This document shows, piece after piece, positions 23,470-35,649 of a stretch of DNA of 64,000 nt. How positions within the stretch are numbered: the first letter of the stretch is position 1; each line of letters begins with the position of its first letter. The notes beneath the pieces were generated by a model that had not been told where the DNA came from, made no database searches, and saw only the letters and a program-made list of their open reading frames with translations. Both the position numbers and the translations under genes were made by a program. Origin of the DNA: Octopus sinensis (Eukaryota); the NCBI RefSeq assembly GCF_006345805.1, contig NC_042999.1:100502001-100566000 (forward strand), in the 5' to 3' direction.

Positions 23470-24426
23470 AATAGGTGTAAAAAAAGTGTGTATTAAACGA
23501 ATATGAAAACCAAAATTTGAGCCAACGAACCGGGAGGTGGGGAGAGAGAACTTTCGGAAAATTCACAAGATCCGATTTTTTTTCCCTCATATCTTTTGAG
23601 AAAATGGTTATCTTTTAATGAAATTTTATATAAAAACCTTTCAAACTGCATAGATTACGATTATAAAGAAATTTGTGGCGAATTTTTTTTCATAAATTTT
23701 TATATTTTTTTTTGCTTGATTGTAATGGAAATAAGTTTGAAAAAAATTTTAGATTCATTTATTTTTTGTTTGAGTAAGAGAAAAAGGTTTTTAAAAAGAT
23801 CACGTGTATCATGCATGGTAAGAGAAACAAATTCATAAATACAGTTGCACTACGGAAAAAGTTAAGAGCGATTTAGCTGTTGCTTTTTTAGCACGTCTCC
23901 CTCCACCGTTGGGATCATTTTAAAAATATTTTTCTATTACTCAAACGAAAAATAAATGAATCTAAAAAATTTTTTTCAAACTTATTTCCATCACACTCAA
24001 GCAAAAAAATAATTTATGAATTTCTTTCTCTTCGAAAGTCCCCTCCCCACGCCCTCGGAAAAAATTTTCCCCAGAAATTTCTTTATAATCGTAATCTACG
24101 CCGTTTGAAACGTATTATATAGAATTTCATTAAGATATCCATTTTCCTAAGGGTTTAGAGAAAAAATCGGATCTTGTGAATTTTCCGAAAGTCTTCTCCC
24201 CAACCCCTCGGAAAAAATTTTCCCCACAAGTTTCTTTGAAATCGTAATCTATGCTGTTTGAAAGGTATTTATATCAAATTTCATTAAAAGATATCCATTT
24301 TCCTAAAAGTTATGAGGGGAAAATAGGATCTCGTGAATTTTCCATCATTCCACTCTCCACCCCCCGGTTCGTTGGCGCAAATTTTTGTTTCCATATTCGT
24401 TTAATACACATTTTTTTACACCTATT
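23470..24426. repeat. Large imperfect palindrome (arms 23470-23801 and 23913-24426) with an internal tandem duplication of about 150 bp
   Basis: aataggtgtaaaaaaagtgtgtattaaacgaatatg pairs with catattcgtttaatacacatttttttacacctatt; ttcggaaaattcacaagatccgattttt pairs with aaaaatcggatcttgtgaattttccgaa; the inner arms also match. Confidence 0.9.
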
Positions 24427-24477
24427 ATACTTTTTTCTTTTCTTTTTTTTTTTGCTGACCGGGAGTAAACATTAGCC

Positions 24478-25117
24478 GAAAATATTGGTTATTATTTGAC
24501 CCTTTCACCCGCATGGTTTTCACTAAGGAAAACAAAATCCTCGGATTTTTTGCGTGGAATCAAGTATCCTGACCTAACGTTTTATTCGGAATCGTTGGAA
24601 ATTTTTTTTTGCATTGATTGAATTCCAGTGACCTCCTAACATGCTACAAATCTTCTTTTTGGGTCCGGAAAACTGGGTGGGGTGGATCCCTCGGAAATTT
24701 CATCCCCATTTTCAAATATTTTGACCAATATAAAGATCTTCACCCGTGAACAAAAAAAATGATAAACCAGCCGGCTGGGTGTTAACAAGTATGTAGAAAA
24801 TGAATAGGAAAAAAAAATTTGCACTAACGACCCTGGGGGGAGAGATGACTTTCGGAAAATTCACAAGATCCGATTTTTCCGTCATAACTTTCGGTAAAAT
24901 GGATATATATTGACTTTTTTTTTTTTACCGAATCCCAAGTTTTTGGTTATGGAGGATCCGATTCTGAAAAAAAATTTTCAAAGATCGCAATCCCCACCCC
25001 TTCATTTTTACTTTTTCCGGGATTTTTTTTTTTTTTTTGCGAAATATGTTGAAAAATCTGAAGATTACGATTCTGAAAAATATTTGTTTGTAAAATTTTA
25101 ATTTTTCAACAAAATAT

Positions 25118-25166
<49 letters not shown>

Positions 25167-25343
25167 AAAAAAGGAACCAAGAAGTGGACCGAAACGATGA
25201 ATCGGAACGAACCTGATGCGGGGCGCTGTCAGACAATAAGGTGATAAATAAAAATATATGCATACATGCATGCATGTATATATACATGTAGATGTAGGTA
25301 CGTACATATATGTTTGTATGTATGCATATATTTTTATTTATCA

Positions 25344-25377
<34 letters not shown>

Positions 25378-26110
25378 CCAGGCCTTCAAGCAGGCTAGCC
25401 ACTTGCTAGAAATAACAGCCATATCTCACAAAACTGCAGTAACATAATGTAATCAATTTACTCACCTTTCTACAAAGATTTCTTTCAGAGTAATATGACA
25501 AAGTAATTCTTGTGAAATAGACAAAACAACCGTTCATTTTTACTTTTAGGCGGCAGGGAGGGGAGGGGAAATTTTGGGTCGGAGTTTTTCATAAAAAATT
25601 TGAATTTGTGTTTATTTTTTCCATTTTCATAACCTCCGTATTTTCCCACGTAGATTGATTGAAAAAAATCTGTGGGAAAATACGGATATTAAGAATATGG
25701 AAAAAATAAACACAAATTCAAATTTTTTAGAAAAACTCCGACCCAAAATCACTGTCTAAAAGTAAAAACGAATGGTTATTTCATCTATTTCACATGAATT
25801 ACTTTATCATATTACTACAGGAAATTACTCTAAAAGAAATCTTTGCAGAAAGGTAAGTAGATTGATTACATTATGTCATCGCAGTTTTGTAAGATTTGCA
25901 GGTCATTGGAATTCATTCAACGAAAAAATAAAATTTCCAATGTTCCAGGATATGGGAATGTCTGGGTCCCCCCCCCCTTTTTTTTTTCAAACAAAAATAA
26001 GGGGTTTACAGCATATTAGGAGGTCAGGGTACTTGATTCCATGTAAAATATCTGAGTTTTTTCTTAATGAAAATCATGCAGGTGAAAGGATCAAAATTTA
26101 CCAAATATTG
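24478..26110. repeat. Nested palindrome: outer arms about 24478-24635 and 25898-26110, central hairpin about 25420-25897
   Basis: attttgggtcggagttttt pairs with aaaaactccgacccaaaat; acataatgtaatcaatttactcacctttctacaaagatt pairs with aatctttgcagaaaggtaagtagattgattacattatgt; ggaatcaagtatcctgacct pairs with aggtcagggtacttgattcc. Confidence 0.88.
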
Positions 26111-26153
26111 TAGGTTCAAAGAGTATAAAAAGTATTTATTTTAAATGGAAGTA

Positions 26154-26300
26154 CAGTAATCCCTCGACTATTGCGGGTGTTCCAAACTCTCCCGCAATAA
26201 GTGAAAACCCACGTAGGAGAAACTGTATATTTTTTTTTATTATTTTTATAATTTGCATATATTATTTTATAATAAATGCAAAACAACACCATTAGGAACC
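26154..26300 (+). mobile_element. Tigger/pogo-like terminal fragment
   Basis: TA|CAGTAATCCCTCGACTATTGCGGG resembles Tigger-type TIRs; the matching right end was not found. Confidence 0.5.
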
Positions 26301-27539
26301 GACATAAGTTTAAATAATATTCTAATTAACATTGCTATATTAGTCATTTGGCTCTAGACCCTTGATTTGTTGATGCTTTAAAAGCAACAAAATTTTTTAT
26401 TAGGAAATTAAGGGGAAACTCATAATATTGGATCTATAGTGACTTTATTAAATCTCACTTATTACAGGCACAAGAGCATACATTTGATATGGTGATTTGT
26501 ATCGTTGTGAAGATCCATTACACATTCCTTTCCTCCTTAGAGAAATAGCATAGATGAATCCCTACAGCTGAATTATCCATTCCACCACATTGTGACTGAA
26601 GAATAGGCACAGATGATGATGGTGGTGATGTGATTTTTTTTTCTTTATTGCTCTTCTTTTATATCTTAATATTGCACAGATCACAAGGGGTGGGGGCATT
26701 AATATTCTGTTGAAGAATTTGGATAGATTAAGACTGGGTGCTGAGTCATTTGTGATGAGTCAGTTATTCCGGTTGGAATTCCGAAGGAATTTTTCATTGG
26801 AATGTAGATGTAACATGCAGATACTGCACTGGTCATGGCAGCATCTCAAGCTAGAATATAATGGAACAAGTTGCTCTAGTAAACTATTGTTTCCTATACC
26901 CCTTTCACAATCATGAACTACGAAGCCTTACATTGTTATGTTTGTGGTTTAGTTTTCTATCTTTTTTAAAGTTATATAAGAATAAAAATGTTAGTTATTA
27001 GTTTGAGGAAAGCATCACTGTTTTAAGGTTATTTTTTTTACTTGTTTCAGTCATTTGAATTTGACTGCAGCCATGCTGGAGCACCATATGCATTTAAAAA
27101 AATTTTTTTTTTTTTTTTTTTTTTGGTAACTTTATAATTGTAAATATATCAAGCCAGCAATTCCTTCTTATCAGAAAATGCTGGTAGATCATTTCTATCA
27201 AAATTTGTGCCTAATAGAAACATAACAAGTCTGATATAGTTGTTTGAAACAGAAAAGTTATGTACAGTTATTGATACCAGCTGCTCTGCTGAAGTGAACA
27301 TTTCTTTTAAAATCAGGGAGAAAGGAAATATTTACAGACTACGTTTTTGAAACCTACTGCTTTTCTTCAGGGATATAAATTCATTTACATTTATAATCAA
27401 TGGTGCACTTGGCTATGTTGATAATTGAGGTGTCCAAATAAAGAAAATGATCTGCTAACACTCAATTTGAAAATATATTCCATAAGCAGAACAGTAAACA
27501 GTATGCAAAATGGTAAAAAAAAATATGTAAGTCCAACAC

Positions 27540-27905
27540 ACAAGCATGGCTGTGTGTTTAAGAAACTTGCCTTGTAACTTTGTGGTTTCAGATTTTCCTA
27601 CATCATGGCACCCTGGGCAAGTATATTTTACTACAGCTCTGGGCTGACCAATGCCTTGTGAGTTCATATGGTTGACAGAAACTGTGTTGAAACCTTTCAT
27701 ATATGTGTGTGTGTTTGTCACCTACCTCTTGACAACTAATTTTGATTTGTTCACATTCTTGTGACTTAACAGTTCAGCAAAAGAGAATTATAAAATGTAT
27801 ACTAGGCCTAAAAAATAAGTGCTGGGATCAATTTGTTTGACTAAGCCCTTCAAGAGGGTACCCCAACAAGGCTTCAGTTCAATGACTGCAACAATTAAAA
27901 GATAT
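27540..27905 (+). mobile_element. Old tRNA-headed SINE family C
   Basis: gcatggctgtgtgtttaagaaacttgcc...ggcaccctgggcaagt...ccaatgccttgtgag...gggatcaatttgtttgacta; related pieces near 29443-29600, 34600-34690 and 53560-53620. Confidence 0.6.
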
Positions 27906-28184
27906 AATTTTCCTCTTTTGTTCTTACCCAAATTCCAGCAATGGAGCTTTGTTTTTTGTTAGAAACCAGCTTTTTTTTAATTGGAAGAATTCAAATAATT
28001 AAGAAGAATAATGATACTCATTTGCACAAAAATTGATGACTAAAATGGTATAGATTATAATTGGATGAGACCTATCATATCTTGAATAAAAAGATTGTCT
28101 CAAAGAAAATATTGGTTTCAAATTTTGACACAAAGCCAGTAAATTTGATGATGGGCATAAGTCAATTACATTTACCCCAGAATT

Positions 28185-28325
28185 CATCTGGTACTTATTT
28201 TATTGACCCCAAAAGGCTGAAAGGCAAAGTCCACTTCCAGAATTTGAACTCAGAATGTAAAACCAAGTGAAATGCCACTAAGCATTTTGCTTGGCATGCT
28301 AATGATTCTGCTAGTTTACCATCTT
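28185..28325 (-). mobile_element. Old, CpG-depleted SINE family A copy
   Basis: ggtacttattttattgaccccaaaaggctgaaaggcaaagtccac...gaatttgaactcagaa...gctaatgattctgctagttt. Confidence 0.75.
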
Positions 28326-28669
28326 AGTCTCAAAGAATATATTAGTAGAAAATAAAATAAATTAGAATATTTAAAATAGAAAAAAAAAAAGACAAAGAAA
28401 TTAAATTGGTAAGACAGAATTTGTAAAAATATTGCTTGTGTGTGTGAGAGAGAGAGAGAGAGAAAGAGCCAGTAGCCATGTAGTCCCCTGACAAGAACCT
28501 GCTCTGCCCTTCCACTCGGATTTCATAAGCCTGCACAAGCTGCATGGCAACCTCATTAGTGTTGATGGCATGAGTAAAGTACCCAATACACACCAGTTGG
28601 CATTAGGAAGAGCATCCAGCTGTAGAAATCATACCAAACCATCCAACTCATGCCAGTATAAAAATTGAA

Positions 28670-29400
28670 ATTAAAGATGTAGGACAGGGGTACACTCTGC
28701 AATTGTGTGATCTTTTAAGAAGTAATTGATCAAAGAGAGATAGATTGAAGCATATATGCATGCAATTTTGAGAGGAGATTCAAAAAGCATGGTCATAAGT
28801 TTTACTGATATTGAGAGCAACAACACTGCTTTCCCCAAATTTCTCCACAGTGGATTTGGCTTTATGGAAACTACTGGTGATCATTAAAGAGAGAGAGAGA
28901 GATTCAAGGTTTTGGAGGAAATCATTGTTAATAGTTGTTTCCATTACCTTAGAGATGGTGGAAATAACAGCAATAGCGCAATTGTTGATAAGGTCAGAGA
29001 TTGCCTTACTTAGGAATGGGACACTGTGTAACATGTTTCCAAAAGCAGTTAATTCTTACTGAGAAATGGTGAGAAATGGAAGAGCTTGATGAGTGTAAGG
29101 GTGAGAAATGGAAGAGATTGATGAGTGTAAGGGCACTGGAGTACAATGCTTGAGGGTAAGGGAAGAGTCATTGTCTGTGCCCATGGCTATGTTGATTTGA
29201 ATCCTGTGAGATTGCAGAACTTCCACTCTATCAAATGCTGGAGATAGGAGTTGAATGATAGCAATAAAAACGATTGATGGTAAGAGAAAATTTTGAGTAT
29301 AAGGCAGTGTAAAGAAATTGCCTCCTATTACCAAAGGGTTTTTAAGGGCCAATAAGTATTTCACTCCATTCTTATGGCATTGAATAGATGAGAACTTTTT
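28670..29400 (-). mobile_element. Highly decayed CR1/Jockey-like LINE RT fragment
   Basis: IAVISTISKVMETTIN...SFHKAKST...GESSVVALNISKTYD matches the RT domain 1-3 pattern (IALLS.ISKV.E...GFR..RST...ALDISKAFD); 32-bp tandem duplication at about 29069-29132. Confidence 0.6.
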
Positions 29401-30919
29401 CCTGTATAGAACATTGGTATATCTCAGATAATGTATTCTTGATATGGCCAAGTGGTTAAGAAGTTCACTTCACATGTATGCAAACCCAGGTTCAATCCCA
29501 CTGTACAGTATTTTTTGTTATTGTAGATTTGGATTGATCCAAACCTTGTGAGTGAAACTGGCTAGAAGGGAATTGTGAAAGTCTATTGGGGATGGGTTAT
29601 ACCTGTTCAAAGAGCCAGCTTTGTCACTTACTGCGTCATACTGCTTGTGAATTATGTTGAGGGTACAAGTGCATGTGGAAAATTATGTTACACTATAATT
29701 AGCAGGTATTTCAGGTGATTGAACAACAAGAATTTCTATAGACAAAACTGGCATGATTAATTTACTTTACTTTTTATTCATGACAAACAGATGAACTGGG
29801 GCAATGGAAAACAAAATATTTTGCTCAGAAATGCAGCAAAATGCTTGCTGGGATGTGAACTTAAACTGATAAACATGTGGTCACTTTGTCACTCCACAAT
29901 ATTCCAATTGCCACCAACCTTTATGGCTTTCTCTGCATGTTCTTCATACTTTCAGCTTAGATACTGGCCAAGGAATTTGCTTTTCATCTCTCTTGAGTTA
30001 ATGAAAAACAGGTTTTGGATCTATTTAACTATTCTTCTTTTTCATAGAATATGCAATCTTTTACCATAATTACTTGTGTGACTCCACGAAAATTCTCAGT
30101 TTCGTAAATTTTATTTTTAATTTGATGCATAAATCTATCTTCATAACATTGTTTAATTATGTTAAAAACATGAATGATTATGAGCTAGACAAAGACTTAC
30201 AAGTTATTAAAAAATTGGGATTTAAATAGAAGCAATATTTACCTCATCTTATTTCCTACTCCTTGACAGCTGCCATCTTCCCCATTAACACTTGTTAATT
30301 CTTCCCCTTCCCTTGTTGCCTGTCTGTTCAAATCATATAAGAATAACTATTGTGATAAACACAGCTTATTTCCCTTCAGCAAGCATAACATTCAAACTGA
30401 GTTCAAAAAAAAAAACAAAAGCGATGGTGGCAAGCAGCTGATTCCTCTCAAATTTATGAGAACCCTTTATTAATTATGTGGATGCTGTTGTTTAGCCTCA
30501 GATTTGCCCTGATCGGTCACTAGCCTTGCTAAAAGGACATGAGCGGGAAGCACCTTTGATGTTTTCTTAGGAAAAGGAGGGGGCAAACACAAGGGCTACC
30601 CAAGCAGCATAAACTCGCTCTGCACTAATGGCCCTGGTTGAGCCAACTTTTGTTCAAAGCTGTTCCAACCATCTCCTTCCCATATTTTTTCAAAGGCATA
30701 AGTGTACTCTAATGTTGTTGATTTTCAAACTGACAAATACCAGGCTCCACCATAGTATTAGGAAATTTTTTACCCCCTCCGCCTCATTATTAACAAAAAG
30801 ACAAAATAGTGTATTCATATAATATTTTTTTTTTGTGTGTTGAGCAAGTTTTAAAATATTCAAAACCGTCTTAATTTTATTATGTTGTATCTTAGGAGAG
30901 TCTTTTTTTTATTAATTGA

Positions 30920-31119
30920 CCCTTTAGCATTCAGATTATTTTGTCAAATGTATTGCTTATTTATTTACATTGTTTTGAATTAATCATACATTATCTGATA
31001 GTTTAAAATTTTGATGTGATTGTATATTTTTAGAATGGCATTGTAGAATAGGTTGAGAGTCCAGATTTGGTTGATTTGAACAAAACAGATAGAATATGGC
31101 CTGTTTAAATGCTAAAGGG
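30920..31119. mobile_element. 200-bp piggyBac-type MITE
   Basis: ttga|CCCTTTAGCATT ... AATGCTAAAGGG|ttaa: 12-bp perfect TIR and TTAA target duplication (left copy mutated). Confidence 0.85.
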
Positions 31120-33361
31120 TTAAACTTGGCAATTTGTCTACCTCCTTTTCAGTCTGTATGGGTCTCACTGTCATGAGCAATGTTGCTCTAATGTGTTTTA
31201 TTTCAAGACAGTAGTGTGTGGTTTCTAGCAAGTCAACCAACCACATCAAAGAAGCTGCTTCTTCATTGTGGTAGTTGAGATTGTTGGCACAACCTGTTAC
31301 CTGAAAGAAGTAATCTCTGCATAGTTGCTGAACCTGCTAGAAATAGCAAACTAAACCTCATTGAAATTACACCTCAGCCACCTCAGAAAGAAAGGACATT
31401 GGATAATGTTGTCCTGCATATGAAATACCCAACAGATGATAGAACGCTCATTGTTGGAACACATTTGATCCTAGGTCTGCTTAGTTACTTGACCTGGGAT
31501 TGAACATGCGTCTCCTACCCACCACAAGGCAATTATCCTCTCCCTCTCCCGTCAATAGGCAAAACCCAGTTAAAAGGAAGGCTGAGGACAGTGCTAGTAA
31601 TAAAAATCACTGATTGTGTCAAATTTACATTCGTAAAAACCCAACTATGAATCATGGCATGATTAAAACCTCTCGGTTTAATATGAAACTCATTTAGAAC
31701 TTCTCTACAGCTTGAATTTTGAATTTTCCAATTTATCTCTACTTTTATATTTCAGCTCCAAATATTTTAGTTATGATTTTTTTTTTAATTAAAACAAAAA
31801 AAAGTGTATGACTGATTTTAATTATAATCATTCTTATATGATGTAACATTCATAGTATCAAATATTGTATCAAAAATTGATAAAGTTATTGTTATAGTAA
31901 AACAAGAAAATCATGTTGTCTAATTGAGCTTTATTTTAATATTATTCTTTATTGTGTAATCCATTTTCATTCTTACTCATTCTTTGAGCATTTAGATTTA
32001 TTTATTATTTTTGTCATTGTTATTTTGCAAACTTTTGTTCTTTCCAACACTTAGCTGATTCTAGTGTTCTTTGATAGAGTAGTGCTTAAAGCTAACAGTG
32101 ATTTATCAAGACTGGAATTTGAGTAATAGGGATGACATATGTTTCCGTAATCTGGTGACAAGATCTTGACTGGATTTCGTAATATTTTTTTTTTTTTATT
32201 TTGTAAAGAAATAGACCTCACACACACACACTCCCATCTCCTCCCATTCACCTTCCACTTCATCCTTTCTTCTTCCACAATGGTAAAATTGCTGTTGTAA
32301 CATGTCAGTCACAGAAGTTGCCTTATGTAAAATTTTTATTGTTTGAACCTTTTAGTGGGCTGGGGGAGGGGAAGTTTTATTTGAGATTTATTGTTATTTT
32401 TCATTCTCTTCTGCCTGTTTTCAACAGTAATCTTGTTCACTCGTTTCTCACTGCTTTACTTTATGTCCTCATCTCCTGCCCTTATCCCTCACTTCCTCTT
32501 CTCTCCATCTCTCTTTGGTTTTTCCATCAACTTCTTTCTGTCTTCACACCCAGCTTTATTCACTCACTTTCTCATTCTCACTCTCTAAATCTTTTTATCT
32601 CTCTCTCTCACCATTTTCTAAATCTTTCTAGCTCTTTTCTTTGTTTTTACTCTTTCTTCAGTTACTTCCATATCCTTTTTTAACATTTCCTTTTCATTTT
32701 CTCTACCCCTCTCTCTCTCCCACAATATATCCTGTGCAATATCTTACTACAAAGGCAGCTGCTCTGTAGAACACCTTTCTCTTCTATGTCTTTTCACAAC
32801 TAACAAACCTCTATCCCTCCAACTCAGTACAAACACTCACAAAATTAACAACAGCAGCATTAATTACCTCATTAGTTCCAAACATTGTAATGAGATGTAC
32901 ACTACTAAAGATAATTACAGAGGAACAGCAACTGCCACACTTCAACTGAGTCTACCTTGACCATCTCTACTGTGGCCACCACCAGGACTGACTAATAAAA
33001 CAATTTAATAAGGGAAACTGTCAACTTTATAGAAAGGACAGCCAAATCTCCCCCTAAGAGTGTCTTCAAAAATGAAAAAAGAAAGACACACGTTAGATAA
33101 TGCAGTCTTACATAAACTGTCTGAAAAAAAATGCGATTGTCACTGCTGGAATGTCTTTGATCATAGATCTGCTCAATCACTGATGATTGAGGCTAAACAC
33201 TAGGTACATGAGTTTGAAAAAAAGTGTTTAGTGAGATGAAGACAGACAGATGGTATCAGGTACAATTTTAATTGATGGTAGTACACAACTTGATTGTTCA
33301 GAGAAGCAGGCATCAATGTAGTAGCAGTAGATAATACAGAGACAAAGTTTAGTGATTAGTG

Positions 33362-33462
33362 AATTGGTATGGAGTAACCCATCAGTGACTGAATATATTC
33401 CAGTAGAGATTGTTTGTGGTTCCCACAATCTCTACTGGAATATACTCGTTACCATTACCATT
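33362..33462 (+). ncRNA. Pre-miRNA-like hairpin in claudin-like intron 1 (candidate only)
   Basis: Perfect 20-bp stem 33394-33413 with 33425-33444, 11-nt loop, imperfect lower stem. Confidence 0.35.
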
Positions 33463-34369
33463 CCAGCTGTGTAAGCAGAAAGAACTCTGTGAATTCCATC
33501 CAAGCATTTTTCATACAGAATCAACATCTGATCAGGGATGAAGTATTTTCTGAGCCTGAAGAAGAAACAGTGTTAAAGATACAGTGAGAGTTCATCAAAA
33601 TTGTGATGATTCTCACAATTTTGAAGGTTTGGGCTGTGTTATGTATGGGATGGGTATAGGGTAAAACTGTTTCCTTGATATGTACTGTAATTTTGTTTTG
33701 GTGTCAAAGGTGACCATTTGTCATATCCCCTAGTTCTTTATTTTATGAATGAAAAGTAAAGATGACTCCAGTTGTCAGCACATAAGTTTTCAAACTAGAC
33801 ATATCGAAGTATCAAGTATGGATACCCTACTGCTTTAAGGACTCTCTTCGTGAATATATTCAATTTTGATATGAATTAATAGAGTTTTGCATACATCTTT
33901 AAAATGATTATTTTCATCAAAATTTGATCTGCTTTGACAAGTTCAACATTTTATTAAATGTTTACAAGTGGTAGATTGGCAGTACCATCAAAGCATCAGA
34001 CAATATGTCTCTAGTTATGACCTCTTATTGTTTACAGCCTAAGTTCAGGTCATGCTGAGGTTAACTCTTCCTTCATTCTTCTGGGGTCTATAAAATACCA
34101 GTGAGGTACTGGGGTCAATTTAATATTTTTCTAAAGTATCCATGATGTGAATGGCAGTCATAAAATACTATGACTTTTTGTGAGTGACAAAATCAATAGA
34201 CTTCCTGATAAAATGCCTTGTGGTATTTAGTTATGCTACTACTTTACAATCAGTGTTCAGATTTTTCTACCACCACCACCACCACCTACATAAAAGGATA
34301 AAATAAATTTCAGGTTACATTATCTTAACATTACCTGAAAATCCCTTTTTTGTTTTCTCTTTATTGTAG

Positions 34370-34522
34370 CTTTCTTCCTTGGCACCCAGCTGCTCTCTGC
34401 CTTCTCTGTGGCTCTCCTCATCCTGGTTTTGATCATGGCAGTAATACGAATGTGTGGTTGCTGTCAGACTGGTTATAAGGTCCATGTTGCAGTGATTTCA
34501 GCTCTTCTGACACTATTAGCAA
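34370..34522 (+). CDS. Claudin-like gene, coding exon 2
   Basis: Acceptor ttttctctttattgtag|; continuing phase 1 gives P-FFLGTQLLSAFSVALLILVLIMAVIRMCGCCQTGYKVHVAVISALLTLLA (TM2, CGCC, start of TM3); donor A|gtaagt, phase 1. Confidence 0.92.
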
Positions 34523-34706
34523 GTAAGTTTCCATTTCATTTTACTTTCTGTTTATGTATTTTGATGTTTGTTCATTTGTATTTCTCTACATAACATGGGA
34601 GCAAGGCTTAATTGTGTGGTTAACAACTTTATTTTACAGCCGTGTGGCTTCACATTCAGTTTTGTATAGCAACTTGAGCAGCTGCTTTGGATCTTTGTAG
34701 TTTAAG

Positions 34707-35130
34707 TCACTGCATGTTAAAATCTTTAAAAAACAATTTTGATGTAGACACAGACACATTGCAGCCTCTCCATTGGCAACGCCAGTACAAATTCCCATGA
34801 ACTGTTTTTTTGGGGTTTTTTTCCGTGGGATGTCCTTTGTAATAAATCTTCTTTTCTGGTATTATTCCTTTCTCTTGGAAGAAATATGCTGCATCATCTT
34901 CTATCTTTACTTTTTCCATCAAACAGGAAAGGTTTAAAGTTGTGGCCATCTCGTCACTGGTCAAATCAAATTTCTACTATTAGGAAAACAAACAATTATT
35001 GAACATATGGTGGTTACACTCCTTGTACACATGTGCAACATATTTGGTTACTATGGAAACAAGTTCTTTACAAACGGTTATGGAACACAATGTGGTTACA
35101 CTCCTTGGTTACTATGGAAATAGTTCTTTG
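34707..35130 (-). mobile_element. Merlin/ISXO2-like transposase N-terminal relic in claudin intron 2
   Basis: FFQEKGIIP...LYWRCQWRGCNVSVS..SKLF resembles the Merlin N-terminal Zn-ribbon region; short direct repeats (tggttacactcctt, ggttactatggaaa) at 35008-35125. Confidence 0.45.
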
Positions 35131-35416
35131 CTAACTATGCTAACAGAACTTCACAGTGATGTGTAAAATACTCACTTCTGATTGGCCAAAGTACACAAAT
35201 TTTGCAAACTTTAAAGGCTAATAACTTTTTAATTATAAATTAAAGGAACCAAGCCTAGAAGTTTTGTGATGCCTAAAAAATATGATAAAGACCTCAAGCA
35301 TCTTCATGACATGCTAGAAGTCACAAATCTATGTTTGTTTTTGTTTCAAGTCCTTAAAATTATATTCTTCATTACTACCTTTAATGACATCTCATTCTAT
35401 ATTTCTTCTATTTCAG

Positions 35417-35649
35417 TAACATTTCAGATCTCGGCCCTGTTATTATTTGGTCTGAAAACTGGTCACAAAGATTGGCTTACCAACCATCGACACATCCATT
35501 TATCCTGGTCCTATGGTCTTTGTGCAGGTGGAGCTTTGATACTTATATTTGCAGCATTGTTTTTTGCTTTAGCTGCATTTTCTGCATATGATACTAAAAA
35601 GGCAAAAGCCAAAGCCAAAAAGTTTGCCCTGTCTGTGCATAGATATTAG
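35417..35649 (+). CDS. Claudin-like gene, final coding exon
   Basis: Acceptor tttcttctatttcag|; I-TFQISALLLFGL...LSWSYGLCAGGALILIFAALFFALAAF...SVHRY*; the three exons total 657 nt = 218 aa plus stop. Confidence 0.92.
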
